From contig CM052816.1 of NCBI GenBank assembly GCA_028534125.1, positions 18,044,001 through 18,108,000 on the forward strand: a stretch of 64,000 nucleotides of DNA, in the 5' to 3' direction. Source of the DNA: Lama glama. Its lineage: Eukaryota. A model generated the notes under the pieces. It saw only the letters and a list, made by a program, of their open reading frames with translations, had not been told where the DNA came from and searched no databases. This document shows positions 12,511 through 23,759 of this stretch, one piece after another (within the stretch, counting starts at the first letter, position 1; each line of letters begins with the position of its first letter). Position numbers and translations under genes: made by a program.

Positions 12511-15500
12511 ATTTTCATCCAGAGAAAATGAGGGCTTTCATTAAGGAAGTTAGGTTCCAGAATATGAGGTACCAAAAGCAGGTTAGAGAGACGAGAAAAG
12601 AAGGGGGTTCCAGATAGGGGGATGATCTCTCTGGGTTGGCTCAAGGCTGGCCCAGGCCCTGTGTATAATCTCAGTGATTATAAAGTGGGGGTATGCTGAC
12701 TTAACCATGTTTGATATGACTTCTGCGTGATGCCTTGTGATGAACTTCTATGTGCATTATTTCATTTGTTTCTCACCACAGTTCTACAAAACAGGAGGAA
12801 ATGGTGCTGCTAATGTTAGGTTATATGTGGTGGATTTTTACATAATTTGGTACAGTTTGATACATTTTCAGAAGGAAGTAAATACCAAGCCTATTGTCCA
12901 GCCTCCCTGCATTCAAGATGGGAATACTTGGACTCAAAATAACCAATTTCTCTGCTGCAGTAGGAGATGCCATTGTGGATAAATGAAGAGATCTTTGACT
13001 GTCAGCCTCAGAGAGAAAAGCCACTTTGGGCAATACCCAAAGGACCCTCTATTTTGCCAGGTGTCTGGGTGATACCACATGCAATACATGGCATGAAGGC
13101 TCTAGCCTGTCTCCCTCTCATTCCTTTATCTACCCATCCATCTGTCTAAAGATGGACACTGAGCTAACCATACATGTCTGGCATTGCACTAAGCATAAAC
13201 AAAATGGTGAGCAAAAATGAATAGTTTCTGCCTCGTGGAGCTGGGACTTTTCCTTTTGTGCCAAGATGACAGGTATGTACCGATCTCTAATTGTGGTATT
13301 AATTTTCATTTCCCAAGTTGCTAAGGAGGTTGAGCACCTTTTAATGTGGGAAGCCATTAAAATGTCTTATGTAAGGGGATGTAATGAACACACTTGTCTT
13401 TCTGTAAGGTCTCTCTGGCTCTGGTATGGAGAACTGATCTAAGGGAGCCTGTTAGCAGGCTGCTTCAGCAGTCCAATTCAAAGGGGGTGGCAGCTCAGAT
13501 CGGGGACAGAGACAAGGCACCAGGCTCTAAGAGAAATTTAGGCGATAAAGGCAATAAGAAATCAGAATTCTCAGGAATTCCTGGGAATTTCTGAAATTAT
13601 AAGTTTTTCTCAAAATATTTCCAACATTCTCTATACTCCATCATTATTACGGTTATCTGAAAATGTGTCTGATTTAGAAGAATACATAGGATGAATAAGA
13701 AATTTTAAATTTCATGTCATTACAAAGAACTGTAGCTTATAGTAATATTCACATTCTGGATTAACACCAATAAACGTTGTAAGGTAGTATTCCAATAGTG
13801 TAGCATTTAGATCAATGACACGATGCAGAATCACAGGTCAAAACTGCCAATTTAAGGACTTCATTTGTTTGCAAAACTTTTTATTTCTTAGCACATCACT
13901 CATAGGATTTGCATAGAGCATACTATGTGTATAAGCTTATTAATATTTATTTTATTTGCAAAAGTGACTCACCATTAGCAGGAGACAGGTACAGGGGCAC
14001 CTACAGACAAGCATGGCAAGAGCTACAAGGGGAAGAGATCAGACTGTCCATGACTAGGCTCCCAGAAATGCTCCTTAGCCTCTCCTTCTCCTTAGCACCT
14101 TCTGCTCTTGCTTTCAACTCGAGGTCAGTGGATTCCTTCCAACCAGTCAAGTCTCTGTTACTTGTCAAGCTTTAATTCCCAAAGGAGGTTTGCAACACTT
14201 GTTTCCCATTTTCCTGACTTCTTGGTCCGTTTTTCCTCAGAACTGGGAATTCAGAAAACTGCAGATTCCCCAGGAAACGCCATGAAGGAATTCTGGTCTG
14301 GAAACACAGGGCCTGTGACAGACTGACACGCTGACGGCCTGGCTGAGAGGCGGCTCATGACTCTCGCGCCTGTTTCCATCTGTGTTCTCTCCGAACTGAC
14401 AGTCCCCGTCAGCCCGGCCATCGTGGGGCAGCTCAACAATTAATACAATCAGATAAACAACAAACCCCACTTTATTACCCAAAATGAGAACTCAATTTCC
14501 CAACAAGGCACTCTTACTACTCTTGAAAAAGTAGTAACACATTTTGAAAGAGCAAAGGACAGATTGAAACACGGGTCTTCCCAAATTTAAGGGCTTCTAC
14601 CCCGGGACCATCAAAGCCTAGGCTTGGAAGGAGACAAGACGGGTCAGCTGAAGATCTGAGCAGCGTTTCTGGAGGTGGACTTTCTTTTAGACACACTAAA
14701 CACATCTTTTAGACTTATTTGATTTTAATCCTGAAACAGAATATTTTGCTCACTCATTAGCTACTCCTAAAGACTAGGTGGTTGACAACATGGAAGCATG
14801 GCTAAGTGCGTCACACTAAAATACGCACTGTTTCAAAGACAGGAAAGAGACAAAAACATGAATGCAGAAATAAGATGAATTGATTGAGGTCAAAAACAAA
14901 AATAATTTCATTATCTCAGGTTGCAATGCACAAAGTCCCTAAGACATCAAATAACTGCAATTCTTTTCTTTTAGTTCTGAATCCCAACAGGTTTTCCCCA
15001 CGATGCATTAGAGATTCAGAGCAGAGGTGAAAGCAGAGACTGGATAGTCATTTTATCTATGGGCTTAAAATAGTGGCCACTGGCAAAATTTCTAGTAGCA
15101 CAGTTTTCTCTAGGTGTTCCTCCAGAATTGTGACGTACGTACTTACTCAAGAATGTGTGGAGACTCATACTGGTAAAATCTATACCTGGGCTGGAAAGAC
15201 ACTTTGCTATTTTTCCATTCATTTATTAAGTAATTATTAAGCACCCTCTGGAGACTTGGCACAGTCCCTTTTATTTTAGGGCATTTGTCATAACTTTCCC
15301 CACAGGGAAATATTTTTCAGGCTGTGTAGGAATAAAAAAAAAAAAACCTGGGAAGAAAATGAACACTGCAGAAAGCACAGGAATACAATGTGCTAGAAGA
15401 ATCTTAAAGACCCACAGCTATTTATAGATCTTGAAATAAATGGCCTTCCTCTGATTGGAAGAGGCACTTCTAAAAGAACATTTTAAAAAATAGGACAAGG

Positions 15501-16020
15501 GAATGTCGGTGAAGAGGGAAAAATTATCTAAGACCTGTCTGTCTGGTATAATTTTTTCTTAGAAAAAAAAATCAGAATACCACATTATCACAGGGACCAA
15601 AAAGAAAAAAAAAGTGGTTATCTAAAGAGGTGGCAGATCTTCTTAAAGGTTTTTTTTTTTAAGGCTAGAGATAAAATCAAGGAACTGATTGTAAATAGAA
15701 GAAACATTAAGCTCGCTGGTTATTTTAGGACTGAAGTTTATTTTCCAAAGGCATTTGTGGCTGGAGAAGTTAGGCTGGATGTGGGAGGACTGGGAAATAC
15801 TTTCACAATTCTGTTCATTCTTCTTTAAAAGTCATTATTTGCCTCCAGTTCATGTTTGTTTTAAGGAAATCAATGCACGTAAATAAGGATACAGAGTATC
15901 AAAGATGGACAAGGAGAAGGATTTGGAGCCAGGCCTTAACTGGCTTCATGGATGATGAGCATACAGTGGATTATCAAAATCTGCCAATAATCTAGGAAAT
16001 TCAAAGTCACAAGAGTATTC

Positions 16021-16190
16021 TAGAGCAGGGATTCTCAGCCTGACTGCCCACTGAATCACTCAGTTTTTAAAATCTTCGATGCGAAGTTCTTAGCAACATT
16101 AACTGGTCTGGGTTATGGCCTGACATTAAGATTTTTAAATGCCTCTGAAAATTCTGATATTCAGTCAAGACTGAGAACTATTAATCTAAG
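16021..16190. mobile_element. MER5B-like hAT MITE
   Basis: tagagcagggattctcagcc ... ctgagaactattaatcta terminal inverted repeats. Confidence 0.65.
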
Positions 16191-16976
16191 AAGCTGATCA
16201 GAACAGTGAACCGTTACTATCTTTTGGTCCCTTCAGAATCTCTTGTAAGCCTAGGAAATCTAGGAACTAGATTTCCCCCTGGGCCTGAGTCAAGCCGGAC
16301 AGGGAGACCTTGGTGTGGACGGTGATGTCTCTCCTCGCAGGGCCCCTGGCACCTCCTCTTCCCCTCTTTTGCTTTCTGCAGATTTACAACTTTGTCTTTG
16401 TCCTCGCTCACAAGTGTTCTTCCTTCATCTGGGCAATCACAGGCTGCACACGATCTGAGCAGTTGGTGGTGCAACTCCACAGATACACAAAGTTTTTCTT
16501 CTTTTCCTTTGCTTTTCATTCTTTTTTGTTTTGTTTTGCTTTGTATTTACCTTAATTTTAAAATTCTATGAATCTTAAACCGACATAAAACAAATGAAAC
16601 TGTGACTTCTGCTTCCCAGTCTGTATCGTTGGATCCCTGTAAGATCATATTTCACATACAAAAACCTTTTTTTGAAAAACGCTGATATCTTCCTATTGGA
16701 TATTGTCACATGACCCATAAATGCACCCCCCAATCCCTGTGCTGACATTCAACACTCAGGCACCCAGAACAGTGCCATGTGGCAGCTGCAGACCAATGAA
16801 TTTTCAACACAGGCTTTTAGACAGAGCTCTTACAAATTATCTTACTCCTTGACTTTGCACTGCTCCATTAAAGAAGATCAAGAGTGTGAAGCCATTAGAA
16901 AGTATGTTTGCCAGCTGGACACCTTCCTGCACACAGTATATCCGCACCTCGACTGTCTGTCCACAGGAAGAGCTCA

Positions 16977-16991
16977 GGGTCAACCTGACCT
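16977..16991. promoter_or_regulatory. Perfect palindromic estrogen-response element
   Basis: GGGTCAaccTGACCT = RGGTCAnnnTGACCY; motif match only, function untested. Confidence 0.4.
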
Positions 16992-17709
16992 GAAGAAGAG
17001 CACAGAGAACCAGCCACATAGGAAAGGATATTTACTGTTCTTTTACGGTGAATTTAAATCTCTTGTCACCACCTGCAACTTGACCTTGGCCAGACCTCAG
17101 CAGTGTCCAGGACAAGACGAAGTGAGGTCTTCTAAGCTCCCACATTCAACACTTCTCCCAACCCAGCTGTCTCCTCCTCCTCTTCTTCCCCCAGTGTCAC
17201 TGTGTCCTGATGGGCTGTGCATGGAGCAGGGGTGGGAAGGAGGCCACACGCCCTCAAAGCTGCAGGCAGAGCAAGTACATCTGCTCCTTGATCCTGAGAC
17301 AGTGAAACCAAAACCCCAGGGATTCAGATTTTTGTGGTTTGGACAAAATGAGGGATAGAGTTTAGCTGCCCCTAGTCATGCTTGTGGTTGGCGGGGTCTC
17401 CCTAGGCTCAGAACTCATTGGCTGGACAGAGACCCTGAAGCCACCAGCTTGGGTGCTGCCCTCGCCTGATGGGTTAGCCCACTGGAGTTCCCCGCGTGGG
17501 CTCCTTTAAGGCTCCACAGCGCAGAGCCCATCTCCCTGCCCTCTCCACAGGCGCCAGCCACCAGGGTGAGGATCAGGTTCAGTGCTGGCTACTGCACAGC
17601 TCAAGAGGCCCAATGGTATCACCAGATTGATATATACTGAAGGAAACAAGTCCCCTTTGCCACGCACATGGGTTGGTTTTGAGCAAACTCTTCATTAGCC
17701 ATCCAGTCT

Positions 17710-17845
17710 CTAGAGCCGTGGTTCTCAAAGTTCCTGGTCACCTGGGAACCCATTAATGCAAAATCTCAGGCCTACCCTATACCTATTAAATCAGAAATTC
17801 TGTGGATGGGACCTTCCGGGTGATTCTGAGGGCCACTGCTCTGGG
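17710..17845. mobile_element. MER5A-like hAT MITE
   Basis: tagagccgtggttctcaaagt ... aaatcagaaattctg ... gggtgattctga ... ccactgctctgg. Confidence 0.7.
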
Positions 17846-17899
17846 GTACCATATCAAAGTGATTATGCAAAGAGGAGGGAATCACACTGACCGGCGTAT

Positions 17900-18052
17900 G
17901 AACACTTGAGCAAATTACCTAAGATTACTGAGCCTCCCTTTCCTCATCTGTAAAATGGGAATATGAAAATTCTGCCCTCACTGGGTTGTACTGATGTTAT
18001 ATGGAGTGGAGCATGTCCACTGCTTAGCAAGCAAAATTCCAATAAACACTAG
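17900..18052 (+). mobile_element. MIR SINE
   Basis: ctgagcctccctttcctcatctgtaaaatggga core. Confidence 0.75.
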
Positions 18053-18149
18053 CCCTGGTTTTGTTCCTGAGTTGCTTGAACTCTGGCTTTACACTGCCTG
18101 TTGTGTTCCTATCACTTAGTCATCCAAACTATCCTTTGGTTTTGCAAAC

Positions 18150-19100
18150 ATAAGGTTATATGGGGCTGCCCATGTGAAAGAAAACCACAGGATTTACCAT
18201 GACCTGGGTAATGGGCATTTTTCAGCAGGTGAATATCCCAGTCATCCTAAAGCCAGTCCCACATCACTTACATGCAAAGCTTATCAGCTGAAACACCTAG
18301 GATTTCCACTGGGCATTCAGAGAGGGAGATGGACAGTCCCCCTTCTCAGGGTAAACAGACCTTACAGTGTTTCCTTTGGAAATAACCTCCTATGTGTCTA
18401 GATCACATACAGACATCTGTGATTGTTCCACAGTGAGCTGTGGGGCCTGTGTCCACCCAAACATGCTCTCCCACTCTGCAGCATTCAAAACCAAAGACAG
18501 TTTCTAAATTAGTTACTCTCACAATCAATTTCAATAAAGGTTCCTCAGGAAGCCAATGATACTGACCCACAAAATGAGACAGTTCCTTCAAATTATATTT
18601 CCAACTTCAATAGTTTCTTGGTTTTGCCTTCCCCCTACACTGACTACTTTCTTGGTAACCAGAGGTCTTGGAGATACCTTCTGTTGTCCCTGCATAATTT
18701 TCCCCTGTGTGGGCAGCTTTAAGGTTGGTGGCCAAAGCTCAGATGGACCTAAATCTGAGCTTAGTTTAGCACCAAGGTCTGACCCAGTATTTTGTTTTAA
18801 TTTATTTTAGCTATTACAGATAACAAAAATCAAATGATTGTATGTTTAGCATGCTTATTATTTTGAATTTCCCTATATAGTCAGTGATTCAACTCCCCAG
18901 GAGCTGTATCCATCTCTAAATTTCATCGGTAACTTTTATGTTAGTAACTGACAGCTGCACAGCTGCTGCTCCATACAACGGGTGATCATGCTGTCGCCCA
19001 GGAATCAACGGTTCTACATCCTCCACCCCTTTCACCCGTTCTTCCCAAACCATGTTTCTGCAAGCCAGGGCCAGTCTAGCAAATTCCACTTCTGACACCA
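18150..19100 (-). mobile_element. ERVL-class (MER21-associated) internal segment: PBS plus decayed gag
   Basis: PBS TGGTGTCAGAAGTGGAAT (19100-19083), tRNA-Leu type; peptide KELSHFVGQYHWLPEEPLLKLIVRV resembles the ERVL gag motif KEL..F...Y.Q...E....WI.RV. Confidence 0.7.
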
Positions 19101-19102
19101 GC

Positions 19103-19921
19103 TGAAAGGGTTCTGGGACCCAACCTCAATGTGTGTGTTGGGGGGATGGAAGTGGTTTCCTCTACACCATCAAGCAATTCTTGAAGTCCTACAATTCAAC
19201 TCAATTCTGAACTATCCACCTAGACATAGCATCAAACCACATATGTTAAGGCCTCAGTCCTACCAGAATTTCCTCTGCCCACTCTTCAGATGTCAGTCAT
19301 AAGCCCAGGTTACCTGTGCTTCTGACTGACTGACTATAGATGGGAGGTTACAATGACCCCCTCCTTGGGTTCAATTAATTGGCTAGAGCAGCTCCCAGAA
19401 TTCATAGAAACATTTTACTTACTAGATGACTGGTTTATTATGAAAGGGTATAACTCAGGAACAGCCAGATGCATAGGGCCAGGTATGAATGGGGAAAAGG
19501 TGAGGAGTTTCTGTGCCCCTCTCCGAGTGCACCACTCTCCTCAAACCTCCACATGTTCATTAACCTGGAAGCTCTCCAACCAGTCCTTTTAGGGTTTTAT
19601 GGAGGCTTTAATACACAGTCACAACTGATCAAATCATTTGTCACTGCCGATTAATTCAACCTCCAGCCCCTCTTCTCACCCCAGAGGCCAGGGATGGGGG
19701 TGAAGATGGGACTGAAAGTTCCATCCCTCCAATCCTTGATTGGTTCTCCTAGAAACCATTACCAAACCTCTAGGATATTTGAAAAGTCACCACATAACCT
19801 AACAAAAGACACCTTAATCACTCTCATCACTTCAGAAATTCCAGGTTTTTTTAGGAGCTCTGTGCCACAAATAGTGGACAAAGACCAAATATATATATTG
19901 CTTATTGTAAATCACAATCTC
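19103..19921 (-). mobile_element. MER21-type LTR (5' LTR of the proviral fragment)
   Basis: gtcctacaattcaactcaattctga, gaccccctccttgggttcaattaattggctagagcagctc and tgtaaatcacaat are MER21 hallmarks. Confidence 0.85.
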
Positions 19922-21569
19922 AGACTTTCCCTGAGAGCACATGCTGCCTTATTTGGTTTCATTGTCCCTTTGTGGTTATGCCTTCACCTCCTAGGGAGAA
20001 TGTATTCTTTTTTAGGGCAAACACTGGGTCTCTTACAGCCCTAGGGAGAGGGTTATGCACATGGAAGAAATGCAGGATCTACCTTGTTTAAGAGAATTAA
20101 TGGGAAGGCTCAGCAGTCAGAGTGCAGTGAGCGAGACAGCCACTCGGGGGCAGTGGAGGACCAGACTGAGAGCAGGTCTGGGGACTCTGGACAGGAACTC
20201 GGGTGGGTATTCGGGTAGCAGTGGCTGCCTCACAGCACAGCCAGAGAGGATAACCCAGGAAGAGTCTCCAGCCAAGAGTCTGAGGAGGGCTAAAAACCAG
20301 GAGAGGAAATGACCCAGAACCAGGTCCTTCCAATCTCCCCACACTTGTAGGTATGCCCCCTAAGACCCTAGAAATGCCTGGGACTGCCCCTGGGGTGTCC
20401 AGAAACCCATCCATGCGAGCATGTCCCCTTTGTGCCAGACACAGTGGGGCCCTGTCCTTCAGAGCGGATGGCTTAACCCTGGCACAGACTCCAGCCAGAG
20501 TCACAGGGAGGAGAGACCACACTGTGTTAAGACCTTAGGAAGCCAAGAAAAACACCCCAGAACAGAGAAATCCAAGGGCTTAACCAAGCTTTGCTCTGAA
20601 GGCTGCTGCTGAACACAGCCAGCACCAATAGTTCCCAGGAAGCATGCTAGACTGGCTTTATCCCTGCTGGTGTGCCTAGCATAGCTCTCCTGTCCCACCA
20701 CCGGCCCTGACTCTGCTCTGAGCTGACACAACCCGCCTCCTTCTGCTGCTGATGTGGAAAAGTTGCTCCCCACGGCCTCACCCACATACAACCTCAGAGA
20801 AACCTCCGGCTTGGGAAGGGAGGGTCCACAGGGTGGGTGGGAGGTGAAGCAAGGAGTGTTTCAGTATTTTTCAGCAGCTGTGTTTCCTTTCAGCCTTGAC
20901 CTTGGCGGGAAGTCTACTTTCCAACTGTGTTCAAGGCAAGAGTATTTGAGGACAGGACTTGTCAGCAGAGAAATCTGACTGCAGTTGCAGGGGTCCGGCA
21001 GGGTTTGGTGGGGTTAGACCACACAAGGGGATGGGCCCTGGTACCTGGACCCATTGGGGTTCCTTTCCTCCGATGTCTGTAACGACATGCCGGGGAACTA
21101 TCCTCTGCAGGACAGCTATGGTCAATTCTGATTTATGGCCACTGCACGTCCCTCTGCTGCCTGGAGAAGGAGCCTTTGGAATGGCTCGGTGGCAGATGAT
21201 GCTGGTAGTTCCGTTCTGGTGCTCCCTGCCCTGGTCTTGGCAGAGAGCTGTGCACCCTGCCCCTGCTGGCTGCGCCCAGCTGGGCCTCCCCTGCCTGCCT
21301 CTGGGCCCCTCCTGCAGGGCCTAGAAGTCCAAAACCGCCCCTCCCGCCTGCAGCTACAGCTCTCCACCTGCCTCAGCTCCCTCCTTGAGCCAGCCTTGCC
21401 CAGGTGCTCCCAGCCAGACCCCATCTCTGCCCTTTTGCTGCTACGTGTCCCTTTGGCCCTGTCTGCACTGGTTCTGTCTCATATGTGACTAATATTCAGT
21501 GACATCTGTTCCTCTCCTGGGCTGTGAGCCCCTGGAGTACAGGGCAATGATTTCTGCTCCTTGTTAAAT

Positions 21570-22017
21570 TATATTAACAAATGTTAACTAAGCAACCACT
21601 ATGTGCCAGGCACTGAGTGAAGTGTGATGGAGCAGGAGAGCCAGGGTCCCAACTGTCGTGCAGTTAGAAGACTAGAGATAAACAAAGGAACAGAAAGATA
21701 ATAGACAGTGATCAATGCTACCCACCTCCAAAAAAACCAAAACAACAAAGAAGCCAAAAAAACCCTCAGTTTATGTGATTGGGAGGGGGTGGGAGCTACT
21801 TTCAACACATGGGCAGGAAGGGACAGCGGTGTTGAGATCTGGAGGAGGAAGGGCCCTGAAGGTCGGAGCACCGTCTAGCAGACAGCTGCCCCCAACTGCC
21901 TACAGTCAGGGAGCAGCAAGTGCAACGCCATGAGATAAAACAAGCTTGACTGTCTAGAAACTGCCGAGTGACCAGGGTGAAAGTACAGTGAGTTCAGGGG
22001 GTGTAGTAGGAGATGAA
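21570..22017 (-). mobile_element. LINE-2 (outer element of nest), left part
   Basis: aacaaatgttaactaagcaaccactatgtgccaggcactg ... gtagtaggagatga; continues at ~26085. Confidence 0.7.
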
Positions 22018-22506
22018 ATGTTGAACTTGATGTGTCCAAACGGAACTGCTGATTTCCCTACACAACCCACCCCTCTCATCGTCTTCCCCATCACAGTAAA
22101 AAGAAAAGCTATGCTTATACTGCTGGGCCCCAAACCTTGTCTCTGGTCCTTGATCTCTCACACCCTACAGGCAACTCTGGGCGAGTCCAGGCAGCCCCAC
22201 TGTACACTTACACTTTGACCACCAGGAGGGCGGGAAGACCCACCTCCACTGTTGCCATCCAAGTCCCCGCCTACCTGGAGTGTGCCTGCCTGGTCTCCTG
22301 CTTCCCCTCTCACTCCCTACCTCCCAGCAGCTAGGGACACCCTTTTAAAATGTCAGTCATGGCACTGCTCTGCTTCAACCCTCTCACAGTTCCCATCTCA
22401 CCCAGAGTGTAATTTAAAGCTTGTATGGTGACCATGAGAACTACATGCTCCAGAACTCTTCAGCTACCTTTCCTCCTCCTTTAATCTGCTCCAGCGCCCA
22501 CCATGC

Positions 22507-23294
22507 TTTTTTTTTTNNNNNNNNNNNNNNNNNNNNNNNNNNNNNNNNNNNNNNNNNNNNNNNNNNNNNNNNNNNNNNNNNNNNNNNNNNNNNNNNNNNN
22601 NNNNNNNNNNNNNNNNNNNNNNNNNNNNNNNNNNNNNNNNNNNNNNNNNNNNNNNNNNNNNNNNNNNNNNNNNNNNNNNNNNNNNNNNNNNNNNNNNNNN
22701 NNNNNNNNNNNNNNNNNNNNNNNNNNNNNNNNNNNNNNNNNNNNNNNNNNNNNNNNNNNNNNNNNNNNNNNNNNNNNNNNNNNNNNNNNNNNNNNNNNNN
22801 NNNNNNNNNNNNNNNNNNNNNNNNNNNNNNNNNNNNNNNNNNNNNNNNNNNNNNNNNNNNNNNNNNNNNNNNNNNNNNNNNNNNNNNNNNNNNNNNNNNN
22901 NNNNNNNNNNNNNNNNNNNNNNNNNNNNNNNNNNNNNNNNNNNNNNNNNNNNNNNNNNNNNNNNNNNNNNNNNNNNNNNNNNNNNNNNNNNNNNNNNNNN
23001 NNNNNNNNNNNNNNNNTTTTGTAAATCTATTAACCTATACCTGTTTTTATTAAACTGATAATAACATGATCTCAAATCCATCCTACTGTTAAAAAAATTT
23101 AAAAAAGAAAGAAAAAAAATTCTATATTTCCCTGCCTCCCTCTCCCACTCTCAGTGATTTGTATGTCTTCTTTTATAATTTCGTGTTTTCTTTATTTGTA
23201 ATTCATGAGTTATCACCTTTCCAGTTATACGTTTCTCATTTCTGTAGCATCCTGCTGCTTTTCTATTTAGAATAGCCCTTTCAATATTTCTTTT
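22507..23294 (-). mobile_element. Young L1 spanning the assembly gap, 5'-truncated at the end of ORF1
   Basis: Poly(T) at 22507-22516; reverse complement of 23294-23017 = aaaagaaatattgaaagggctattctaa (ORF1 end) plus inter-ORF spacer; exact TSD caccatgcttt at 22499-22509 and 23295-23305. Confidence 0.8.
22517..23016. other. Assembly gap of exactly 500 N
   Basis: Counted directly; the round size suggests a scaffolding placeholder. Confidence 0.98.
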
Positions 23295-23686
23295 CACCAT
23301 GCTTTCTTGAAACATTCCAAGCACACACTCACCTCAGGGTCTTTGTACTTACTCCTTCCTCTGCTGGCCTGCCCTGCCCCACTCCCACGCACACCAGATA
23401 TTCACATGGCTCCATCTCTTAAAGTCAATCTATCTCTGCTAAAGTGCCAACTTTTTAGAGACCTTCTGTCTCCTTCCCCTCCTTGCTGCCGCTCTTCACC
23501 CACTTTGGGCACTTTCTATTTTGCCCTCCATGACAGTTAGTGTTATCTGACACATTTGTTATTTGTTTGCTTACTTGTTGTCTCTCCCCATCATGATGGA
23601 GTCTCATCAGAGGAAGAAACTGCTTTGCTCACTGCTGTATTTCTAGCACTGAGCAGTCTTTGGCATGTGGCAGATCCTCAAAAACT

Positions 23687-23759
23687 GAGTGCGGGCCTAG
23701 CGTGCATTAGATCCTGGGTTCAATCCCCAGTACCTCCATTAAAAATAAATAGATAAACC
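23687..23759 (+). mobile_element. 5'-truncated Vic-1-like SINE, left part (tail resumes ~26009-26075)
   Basis: gagtgcgggcctagcgtgcattagatcctgggttcaatccccagtacctccattaaaaataaatagataaacc; B box ggttcaatccc. Confidence 0.8.

Larger units (their letters stand above)
22018..23685 (+). mobile_element. LINE-2 inserted in opposite orientation, interrupted by L1 at ~22510-23294
   Basis: aacttgatgtgtccaaacggaact ... cacctcagggtctttgtactt ... gctcactgctgtattt ... tggcatgtggcagatcctcaaaaa (L2 3' end). Confidence 0.75.

Noticed and set aside
22421..23081. ORFs of 173-210 aa in the ORF track
   Set aside because: Artefacts of translating through the 500-N gap.
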